From positions 28,210,001 to 28,274,000 of the forward strand of contig NC_043017.1 of assembly GCF_006345805.1 (NCBI RefSeq): a stretch of 64,000 bases of DNA. The letters are read 5' to 3'. A program made the position numbers and the translations under genes. Each line of letters opens with the position of its first letter. The first letter of the stretch is position 1. The notes beneath the pieces are model-generated. The model was not told where the DNA came from. It searched no databases and saw only the letters and a list, made by a program, of their open reading frames with translations. Source of the DNA: Octopus sinensis. Taxonomy: Eukaryota. Below, piece after piece: positions 53,672-64,000 of the stretch.

Positions 53672-53795
53672 CGGGCATCTTTCAATTTCCATCTATCAAA
53701 TCCACTCACAAAATTTTGGTCGGCCCGAAGGTATAGTAGAAGTTACTTGCCCAAGGTGACTCGTAGTGGGACTGAACTCGGAACCATGCGGTTGA
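53205..53795. mobile_element. Two diverged SINE family A copies (+ 5' half 53205-53348; - 53407-53795)
   Basis: Degenerate colinear matches. Confidence 0.75.
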
Positions 53796-54022
53796 GACGC
53801 AGTAATTCCTTGTTAAATGTGTACATAAATGTTATTGGTACGACTGAAATACCTATAATCATACATTTTTATTATTAAGGCCACTCCCGAGCGAAACATT
53901 AGCAATACCAAAAGTAAAACGATTGGCCATTTACGCAGCGGCCTGACCAGCGAGAAACTGGTACAAAATCTCCTTCAAACCATTTTATATATTTCTTTAT
54001 AATAAGATAGTACAATAAGTTT

Positions 54023-54333
54023 GTGGAGGCGCAATGACCCAGTGGTTAGGGCAGCGGACTCGCAGTCGAAGGATTGCGGTTTCGATTCCCAGACCGGGCC
54101 TTGTGTGTGTTTATTGAGCGAAAACACCTAAAGCTCCACGAGGCTCCGACAGGGGGTGTTGGCGACCCCTGTTGCACTCTTTCGCTTCATCTTTCTCTCA
54201 CTCTCTCTTCCTGTTTCTTGCGTAACGCTGCGATAAACTGGCGTTCCGTCCAGCTGGGGGAACACTTACGCCACAGAAACCAGGAAACCGGGCCCATGAG
54301 CATGGCTAGGCTTGAAAAGGGCGTAAAAAAAAA
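54023..54333 (+). mobile_element. SINE family C with tail C1
   Basis: TSD acaataagttt (54012-54022, 54334-54344). Confidence 0.9.
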
Positions 54334-54975
54334 ACAATAAGTTTAATCATGAAATCGACCAACATTGATGTCATTTTACATAATTGTATATTCCAATGTT
54401 AAAGATACATGATGGTTTTGCACTAGCAATAATCATACGGGCAAAGAAATCGTATAGAAGTTAGGAAATTTGATGTGGTTTCGTCAGTTAGTCTGATCCC
54501 GATGTGCAACAGCTTAAGCAAATATTTTCTATCATAGTCGTACGTTGAACACAACGGTAGTGAAATGTGAACGTGTGTGTGTATGTTTGATTTTTTTTTG
54601 TATATCGACGGAGGCTACGAATAAAGATACAGCCTGCTCAAATAGATGTTAATAAAAAAAGTTTGTTTGACCTGTTTGATTTGCGCCAATGAGAAAAACT
54701 TTTTTGTCACTTCGGCCGACGTATGAAAAGTAATCAGTGGTTTTCTCGTATTTTTGACAGCGAGATATCTACTTTTCAAATATAATTGCATAAAATAGCT
54801 TTCGTAAAAATGAAAGAATTATAGTTCTCTATTATAAGTACCGATGATACATAGCTATTAAGACAGAATAGACAGCCAAATATTATGTGCATCAGAATTT
54901 TATGTGTATCGACGTAACACAATTCACCAATGATAAAACAGGGTTATCTATCTACCTATCTATCTATCACAAATG

Positions 54976-55010
<35 letters not shown>

Positions 55011-55101
55011 AAGGGTAAAATTAATTAATTAAGAAGTAATCAATAATTTCACCAAGTAGAATTCGGCATGAAAAAGGACCATTTCACAGTAAACTTAAGT
55101 A

Positions 55102-55468
55102 ATACTTTATAATGAGGTTTCAGCAAAGATTTGCTTTACCACATACCGAAGTTTAGAAATAGCAGCCAAAAAACCTTAGCTATTTCTTCTACTTTAAAAA
55201 GGGACTCCCAGAAAAACCAAAATACTTGGAAACAATCCACGCAGGCAGAGAGGAAAAATAACGAAAATCAATGAAGATATAGATTGACCAGATATCGATT
55301 GATTTTCGTTATTTTTCCTCTCTGCCTGCGTGGATTGTTTTCAAGTATTTTGGTTTTTCTGGGAGTCCCTTTTTAAAGTAGAAGAAATAGCTAAGGTTTT
55401 TTGGCTGCTATTTCTAAACTTCGGTATGTGGTAAAGCAAATCTTTGCTGAACCCTAATTATTAAGTAT
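55102..55468. mobile_element. Young fold-back palindrome (about 170-bp arms, 25-nt loop) of Penelope-like P4-related sequence
   Basis: 55120-55272 vs 55298-55450 nearly perfect reverse complements; whole insert 55010-55468 sits in (TA)n. Confidence 0.9.
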
Positions 55469-55487
55469 ATATATATATATATATATA

Positions 55488-55676
55488 AAGTTAATCCAAA
55501 CAAGAAAGCACAAAAAACACAACAACGCGAGGACGTGGAACAAATATAGTATTATTGGACGCTCAGGAAAGAAGGAGGGTTTAACGTTTCGAGCGGAGCT
55601 CTTCGTCGGAAACATAGAAGGAAAGATCCAGAGAAGGGAAGACAGATCGCCAACGGTACACACGAGGTCACATTTT
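55488..55676 (-). mobile_element. Penelope-like remnant, family P1, hammerhead motif at 55579-55613
   Basis: Hammerhead segment identical to 33387-33421. Confidence 0.7.
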
Positions 55677-56121
55677 ATATATAAAGACAGACATATATAC
55701 AGACACAGATAGACAGACAGAGCAAAAACCAAAAAAAAAAGAGACGAACAGACATAGAGAAAGAAAGCTATTCATGTACCTGAGAAGGTAAACAGAATTT
55801 TATACACTACACAACCACACTTTATAGCATTCAATGCCTATAAATAGTTTCCCATTTAATGTCTTTTTACAGATCATTAATTAACTGATATTCTTTATGA
55901 AGTGGCATGAATAGGAAAGTTTTTATTAAACAGTAATGAAAATCAATAACAGATTAATTGAAGTGTAATAGAAATTAGTTTCTTGAGTCGAAATCATTTT
56001 GAAACTCTCACAAGAGTTTGATCTACTATCAAGTATTTTCAGGTTTTTAGTTACTTGCAATGAAGAGTAATTTCGTTTGACTTTTTTTATATTTATTTTT
56101 ATTATTTTTGTTACTTATGAA

Positions 56122-56340
56122 AGCGGTGAGATTGCAGAATCGTTAGCACACTCGACGAAATGCTTGCCAGTATTCCGTCAGTCACTACGTTCTGAGTTCT
56201 AATTCCGCTGAAGTCAACTTTGACTTTCATCCTTTCGGGGTCAATAAATAAGTATTAGTCATGTGCTGGGGGCGATGTAATTGACTAGTCCCCTCCCCCA
56301 AATTTCAGGCCTTGTACCTATATGAGAAAGGATTATTATT
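56122..56340 (+). mobile_element. SINE family B monomer with terminal tail and (ATT)n end
   Basis: Head, body, ...ggccttgtacctatatgagaaaggattattatt. Confidence 0.85.
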
Positions 56341-56475
56341 GTTACTTATATCTTAATATATATCAAGAGATCGTGGTAAAGGGATTGAAAGCTGGGCCTT
56401 CGAATCCCTCTATATGCATTTGTATATGTAGTATAAGGAAAGGATAACTGATAAAGCATCTTCTCAAGCATATGT

Positions 56476-56817
56476 AATGAGACCCCCTTCGGTCATCACT
56501 GACCAAGGGATTGCACCTAGAAAGTTATCCTCCCAGGCACAAGTCCAGGCAAGGTTGTTTATAGAAGACCAGCAATCACCCATGCATACCGGCCTCCCCT
56601 CTCCACACCACCAGTGTTATCCAAGGGAAAGGCAAAGGGGCCGATACAGCTTGTAATCTGTGAGGAAACAACTCATTTCTACAGCTGAGTGAACTGGAGC
56701 AGCGTGAAATAAAGTGTCTTGCTCAAGAACACAACACGCAGCCCGGTCCCGGATTCGAACTCACAACCTCACAATCATAAGCTCGACGCCCTAACCACAG
56801 AGCCATGCGCTTTCACA
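56476..56817 (-). mobile_element. SINE family D (tRNA head, CORE-like block)
   Basis: Minus: tggctctgtggttaggg...gagttcgaatcc...cttgagcaagacactt...ctcagctgtagaaatg. Confidence 0.85.
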
Positions 56818-56974
56818 AGCATATGTATATACACGTATATATACATATGCACACACAGGCATATATACACACATATGTGTGTACAAATGCAAATTATATA
56901 TTTATATAATGTTTGTGTTTGTACACATACATAAGTACATATATATTATATATATACATATATACTTGCTTGCT

Positions 56975-57207
56975 TGCTAGACACGTCGCCCGGCTCACCG
57001 ATAATCGGTGGACGCACGCAGTTGCAGAGTGGTACCCGCGTGAGCGGAAAAGACCACCCGGAAGACCTACACGACGGTGGAGTGACGATTTCAAGAGGAC
57101 GATTGGGATCACGTGGATGAGAAAGGCGCGATCCAGAGAGGACTGGCCAGCGTGCTGTGATCAGCGGTGTCAAATGGACGCCTGACGGACTGGTCGGTCA
57201 AAGTGAT
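56975..57207 (+). mobile_element. RTE-clade LINE 3' end (second lineage)
   Basis: HVARLTDNRWTHAVAEWYPRERKRPPGRPTRRWSDDF...W..KARSREDW, stop 57185, short 3' UTR into (AT)n. Confidence 0.9.
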
Positions 57208-58333
57208 ATATATATATATATATATTACAAAATATAAAATTATGTCTTGAGATTGCTAGTGATAACAACACTCAGAATATATAACAGACTAGAAAAGTAG
57301 TGCTCAAATAAGCTGTATACACTTTTTAATCCGAGGGGAGGCAATGTGAGCAGCAACTAAAGGAACATTACAAAATCCACAGAAACATCGAACACATACA
57401 TATATTCATTTATATCTACAGAACAGGTATAAAGCCCGACGTTTAAAGAGTATATATATATATATATAAATGTGTGTTTATGTGTATATCTATATGTGTG
57501 TGTGTGGATTATTTGTATTTTCGTTTAGAATGTCTGAATTCATGCAGAAAGCAATGAGATCCTGTTCTGCTATACTTTGAATCCTAATTCGATGCCTAAC
57601 AAGAAATACAATGTGATATGTTATATGACATTTACAATTACGTGAAACATTTTCTCCCTCCATATCCAGTGTTTTTAAAAAATGATTTTAACCGACATGT
57701 TTTTAGATATATTATCTAGTATTTTTTTAAGTGAGGGGTAATATTCTACCTTGTATATTTTCGCTTTGTGTTAGGGTTATTCCGCACGAAAGCCAGATTG
57801 GGATTGTACAATTTTGCGCACTTTTCACAATGTCAGCCACTATGCTCCATGATTTCTCATATTCTAAATCCCGCAAAGCTCGCGTCCTTTTTGTTATACA
57901 TCAAAAACTACGGAATTTCTTCCTTGTCATCGTAAGAAGAGGCACAGTAGGTTTACGTAATTTCTAGAACAGATTAGCACCCACTTATTTATACGTTGAA
58001 ATAATATACTTAAATTTAGCATGGTAAAAACGGACAAATTTCTTTCCACTGTTGGTCTTGTGTCTATCAGGATTGATAATATAAAGGGACACACAATCCA
58101 ATGACAAAAGTAAAAACGGTTGACGCTAAATATTGACGGTCAAATCTTTCTCAGTATTTAGGTCATCAGAGATGATTAATTCATTATTTAGGAATAAATA
58201 TGTTAAAACATATTTCCAATGATAAGTTTAAATGGTAAATTCTTTGTAGTATGAAACATATGTACTTATATATGTGTGTGTGTATCTGGCTATGTTTGTG
58301 CGCCTGTGTGTGTGTGTGTGTATATATTATATA

Positions 58334-58380
<47 letters not shown>

Positions 58381-58428
58381 CACACACACACACATAGATA
58401 AACAGATGCATTTTATATATATATATAT

Positions 58429-58471
<43 letters not shown>

Positions 58472-58959
58472 TCTGTGTCTATGTTTGTGCGTCTGTGGGT
58501 ATATATATATATGTGTGTGTGGTGTCTATGTTAGTGCGTCTGTGGGTATATAAATACATATATAGATGTATATTATATATGTATGTATATTATATATATC
58601 ATTGTTGAAGGTATCATAATTTAAAACTTCGAGAAAACGGGAAATAATACCTTCTTTCGAAAGGTGAATTTAAAAAGAGAAACAGCTGCATATACTAATG
58701 TCTAAAAATGGGAGTAGAAAATAAACTTTGGTTCGGGAATGCATTTTCAGTAATCATGAATTTTTCGAACCAATGGAATTATCACTCGTATATAGTTGTA
58801 TATTTATGTGTGTCTGTATATATGAAAGTTCGTACAAACATGTAAATTTTAGTGTCTTTGTATATATATAGTAGTTCGTGCATGCATGTGTGCATATATC
58901 TACATAAAGATTAAATTTTTGTGTACGTGCATGTATCTATGGTATTTCTGCATATGTGA

Positions 58960-58983
58960 GTGTGTGTATGTATGTATATGTAC

Positions 58984-59033
<50 letters not shown>

Positions 59034-59163
59034 GTACACGTGTGTATAGAAATATATGTATGTATATATATACCTACACATATGTGTATATAGAAATATA
59101 TATATATGTACGTATATATATATATATGCGTACACATATGTTTATAGAAATATATATATGTAC

Positions 59164-59196
<33 letters not shown>

Positions 59197-59390
59197 ATAT
59201 ATATACGTACCATGTGTGTATAGAAATATATATGTACGTATATATATATATATAATATAATATATATATATATACTATATATATATATATAATATATATA
59301 TATATATATAAATACACATACACACTACGTATATATGTGTGTGTGTGTGTAAAGATTATATATATATATATTTATATATATATATACATA
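58960..59390. repeat. Compound TA microsatellite
   Basis: Direct inspection. Confidence 0.9.
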
Positions 59391-59925
59391 CACTAATGTC
59401 CCTCTTAAACCCTGACGTCCCCCCATATCAAGTGTTAAATATTTTTGTGTTTGTGATTTGAAATCATTTTAGATTTATATTGCCTTTTATTTACATTTGT
59501 TTCTAGTCTTATTTATGTTTTTATATGTAAATATTTTTATATGTACATTTGCTTCTTTTCACAGTAAATTTTCTCTAAAACGCCTCACACACTGATGATG
59601 TTACATGATATATATATGTGTATATGCAACCTCCTTGTCACCACCTACTCTACCCGTTTCTCCTCTCCCCCTTTACCTAGTTCTCCTCCATTTTTTGCTC
59701 TTTTATTTGATATATATTTACTATTATTATTATTATTTATTGTTATTATGTTACAATTTATTTTCACTTCGTCGTCCATTTTCCTTATCTCACTTGTACT
59801 ACAGGGAATCAATCCCTCCATGTTTACACTCCATACCATATTTGTAATTACTTGCACTCTCTTTATAAAAAAAAAAAAATCATGTCCACCATTATTGTTA
59901 GCTTTCTTCTCCTTGTCATATGCAG

Positions 59926-59952
59926 GAACCATTGAAAGTGACCACGCTCTTG
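59926..59952 (+). CDS. Candidate 27-bp microexon EPLKVTTLL (iGluR S1-start-like)
   Basis: Acceptor ctttcttctccttgtcatatgcAG, donor GTacgt, phase 0-0, ends TTLL|gt like TTIL|gt at 19344. Confidence 0.45.
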
Positions 59953-60039
59953 GTACGTTATCGGCTCGTGGTGTGTGATGTTTCAGTTGTATTACAGTTG
60001 ATCTTCTATTATATTACATTATACTCTATTACTATTGCA

Positions 60040-60345
60040 ATATATCCATATATATATATATATATATCATATATATATATCATATATATATATTTTTATC
60101 AATATATATCATATATTATATATATATATATATATCAAATATATATATTCATATATATATAATATCAAATAAATATATATCATATATATATATATATCAA
60201 ATATATATATATACATCATATGTATATATCTATATCATATATATTATATGTATCATATATAATATATATATCATATATAATTATATATATATATTATATG
60301 TATTATATATATAATATATATATATATATATGTATATATATGCAT
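60040..60345. repeat. (TA)n-rich microsatellite
   Basis: Direct inspection. Confidence 0.95.
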
Positions 60346-61702
60346 ATGTGATACTATTCGATTATTTAAACATTAGCGAAAGAATTTATATCTACTCTCT
60401 TAATATTGAACATAAAAATTGACACATTTGCGGCGGAATGAACTTCATTATTAATACTAATTATTAACGCTATTATTATTATTATTATTATTATTGTTAT
60501 TATTATCTTTATTATTATTATCATCACCGTCATCATCAAGTTTTTATCGCTTATTTGATTATTCATTTAGTAACGTGAGAATGTTAATAAATTCGCAATA
60601 TATGTGTTGCATAATTATTTTCCTAAGATAAAGTTCCCTTTTATTGGAATGCAAAACGTTTTATTATTTAAATAATAATAATAATAATAATTACAATAAT
60701 AATAACAATAATTATTATAACAATGATAGCATAGCACTTGCATTATTTAAGCTGTATATACAGATAACTTAAATACCATTTAAAATTTTATAAAAAATAA
60801 AACAACGAGGTGCTTAGGCAATAATAAAAATGTAAAATAGTTTTATCCTTAATATCTTTAAAATGCTTCGCTAAAAACATAATACAAATTTGATAAAAAT
60901 TTAATGTTATCATATGTAGGAAACAATGAAATAATTGTATACAACTCAAGGAAAGTTTATCAAGAGGAAGCAAATGCTTAACATAATTGAATGAATTATA
61001 AAACATTATAAAGTTTTGTAAATTATTAAAGACTCGGAGGAATAAATCTTTCGTTAAAATAAATAGAACAATGAATTATCTTAGAGCGTAATGAATTATT
61101 GCTCGTTAAAAACCATAAGTGCTAAAACCTTCTCTGTATATATGTAAAATATTCCTGAACACCGTACATTAAAGCTAACATCATTTGTTAATGTCATATA
61201 TATGCTTTAATCTGTTATATATTTCTCTTTGCATAAATTGTATGCATGCTAAAAACTGAAAACGAATCATTATGTCACGATGTCCCAGCATGATATTAAC
61301 TGTGATGATATCAAAAAACTAAAGATCTAAAGAGTTAAGGGGCTATAAAGAACAAGATTTGTCGATCCCCATTGTTAACTATTCCCAAAAAGCTGATATA
61401 TTTAAATTTAAACGTTACGATAGAAATTATATTCCTAACTATTGCACACATAAAACAATTTTTCCTTTTATAAAGACACTGAATTTCGTAACATGACAAG
61501 GGACTGCATCAATGCCCCCGCAAAACCTTCCTATAGTGCTGAGGCAAATACAGTTTGACATTCAGTTATAGCATAAGCACGACAATGTTTTCAGCAACAA
61601 AAATTCTTGTGGAGAAACGACGAAACTGTTACTATGATACTAATCCCTGTAGTTAAAAATAAAATTTTGCTGATAATAGGGGTGGTACATTGCGTCCACT
61701 GA

Positions 61703-62380
61703 CCGAAAACTGGTTCATTGAATCGTATTTTGTCAATTCATATTGGCTTTATGATATCAATTATTGCCTTTACTCTATGTTTCAAGCAATTTCACTGTAC
61801 ACCTCAGGTATCTCAGTATCTTCAAGTTTTAGTCATCCACAGCCATCTTTTTACTCTCTCTGTCTTATCTTCAACATCTCTATGAAACTGACCCTGCATT
61901 CTTTTCTTTACCTACCAATTTTCAGTTTCATTCGTTTTCAATTTATGAACAATTGTTATGACTGAGGTCCAGGCCATATCCAGGTGTGGCACCGAACGTC
62001 GGCCAACCGCAAAATTGGGGTTCATTTCGACATTTCCAGTTGGCTTTATGATATTAATTATTGCCTTTACTTTGCTGCTTAAACAATTTCACCGTATACT
62101 AAAGATAGCTCATTGTCCTCAAGTTATCACGATCTAGTGAGAAACTCCTCTCACACAAGTGTTCCGGCCCTTAACTATTGTAGGTCCGGGATACATCCTG
62201 GTAATAACACCCGGATAAACATCTACAGTCATATTTTGTATTAGTGCCTATATCGCAACACTCCTGGTCAAAGTGCTTCAGAAGAAAGGAACCTTGGGAA
62301 TTGTCGCCATTTCAATTTGAGACGCCACTTGACTGTAAGGTTGATCAAAGCTTATGATATTAATTTCTATTCCCCCCTTG
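61703..62380. repeat. Diverged direct repeats, about 300-bp spacing
   Basis: ttggctttatgatat(c/t)aattattgcctttact at about 61743 and 62040; weaker third near 62350. Confidence 0.7.
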
Positions 62381-62583
62381 ATCAGCTCACGTTGAAATTC
62401 TTCTTAGCCCCTTATATCATTGACTTCAGAGCAACATCCTGATGAAATATAATAAAAATGTTAAACCTATAAACTGAAACATTTCGACCATCTCAGCCAA
62501 TTAAGTGTCCAGGAGGAGAGATAAAGAGCAGCGAGGCATATTCTAACGAATCACATACAATATATAGGGTTTAATTCCAGTTA

Positions 62584-62806
62584 TTTACTCTTTACTCTCT
62601 TTTACTTGTTTCAGTCATCTGACTGCGGCCATGCTGGAGCACCGCCTTTAATCGAGCAACTCGACCCCGGGACTTATTCTTTTGTAAGCCCAGTACTTAT
62701 TCTATCGGTCTCTTTTGCCGAACCGCTAAGTAACGGGGACGTAAACACACCAGCATCGGTTGTCAAGCAATGCTAGGGGGACAAACACAGACACACAAAC
62801 ACATAA

Positions 62807-62855
<49 letters not shown>

Positions 62856-63020
62856 TACGACGGGCTTCTTTCAGTTTCCGTCTACCAAATCCACTCACAG
62901 GGCTTTGGTCGGCCCGAGGCTATAGTAGAAGACACTTGCCCAAGGTGCCACGCAGTGGGACTGAACCCGGAACCATGTGGTTGGTAAACAAGCTACTTAC
63001 CACACAGCCACTCCTGCGCC
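62584..63020 (-). mobile_element. SINE family A, full length
   Basis: Near-consensus copy. Confidence 0.95.
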
Positions 63021-63399
63021 TATTTATGTCAGTATTCATAATAATAAACAGAAGTATATCTAATTGGCATTTTTTAAAGCAACATTTTGTAGTAGCAGCA
63101 GAATGGAGATAGTTGGAAGATATTTGCATTTTGAACCAGAAATATAACGTATTTCTCATGCAATCCTTATTATATTTCATTGGAGATGTTCTTGGTAATT
63201 ATAGCTAATTGATACGGCACTTATTTATATCACTGTATTGAATTAAATATAATTTTGTAAGATAGATTACTTATTGCAATTTCTCATTCCTGATTAGCAT
63301 TAGGTTTCTCTTAATGACGATGCTATAATATACAGCATGGAAAGGGATACGATGCATTAAAACGTGCATGTGTGTATACATAGATGGATGCATGCATGC

Positions 63400-63430
<31 letters not shown>

Positions 63431-64000
63431 CATATTCATATATACTCATGTTTACATACATACATTAACAAAAACATATATATATATATACGTAGAATGG
63501 GATGATGGCTCTGAACACGGAAGATATTTGATTCTAGCAAATTCGTTCGTGGAACAAAGAATTGTTTTATACAATTTCTTTTGTTTGTTCGTTATGCTAT
63601 GATTGTATGAGATTATTACTATGTATATTTACATGTGTGTGTGCGAGAACGTAGGAGTATTTTTTTTTTTTTTTTGTTATTCGATAGTTGGCTTAGATTA
63701 TGTGTTTGTATGTGTGTGTGAGCATTTGTCTAATATTTCATATCTTGGATAAAACTACCACCTGACACTCGAGTGTGTTTAACAAATTCTTCTTTACGAC
63801 CACACTCGCTTCAAATGTCGCAGGTATAGAATATAACACACATTCAGCACACGGCATACCAGGCAATGATATCAAATGTTTCTTTTATTCGTTTCAGCTA
63901 ATATATAAACGAATGCATTCCTCTAATATGAATATTAACTAAATGATTCGATTACAGGTTGTATCGAAATTCGATTTAGTTGCCATTAGTTTTGGGAGTT

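Noticed and set aside
57775-57931. Open frame between AG and GTAAGA as possible exon
   Set aside because: Peptide has no iGluR or other recognisable similarity
4636-60162. Dozens of Y/I/M/C/V/H/T-rich ORFs
   Set aside because: Translations of TA/TG/CA microsatellites, which lack stop codons in several frames

Overview
AT-rich, microsatellite-saturated eukaryotic genomic DNA, most likely an octopus/coleoid cephalopod (judged from recognisable tRNA-derived SINE families; not proven). Nearly all supplied ORFs are translations of (TA)n/(TATG)n/(CA)n tracts or SINEs. The only well-supported host coding sequence is a 102-bp phase 0-0 exon at 19243-19344 (+) encoding the ATD-to-S1 linker of an ionotropic glutamate receptor (VGVWN...NKTMVVTTIL), so the window is probably mostly giant introns of an iGluR gene; a candidate 27-bp microexon at 59926-59952 (EPLKVTTLL) repeats the same motif. 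The rest is mobile DNA: about 20 copies of SINE family A (my label), about 15 loci of SINE family B that often form 184-bp tandem arrays with a fixed junction, SINE families C/D with interchangeable tails, RTE and R4/Dong-like LINE fragments, and short (TA)n-embedded Penelope-like remnants carrying minimal type I hammerhead ribozyme motifs. Four long fold-back palindromes occur; three appear to turn around at or next to a hammerhead cleavage-site remnant. Coordinates were read by eye: exon, ribozyme and TSD coordinates are near-exact, repeat boundaries approximate.
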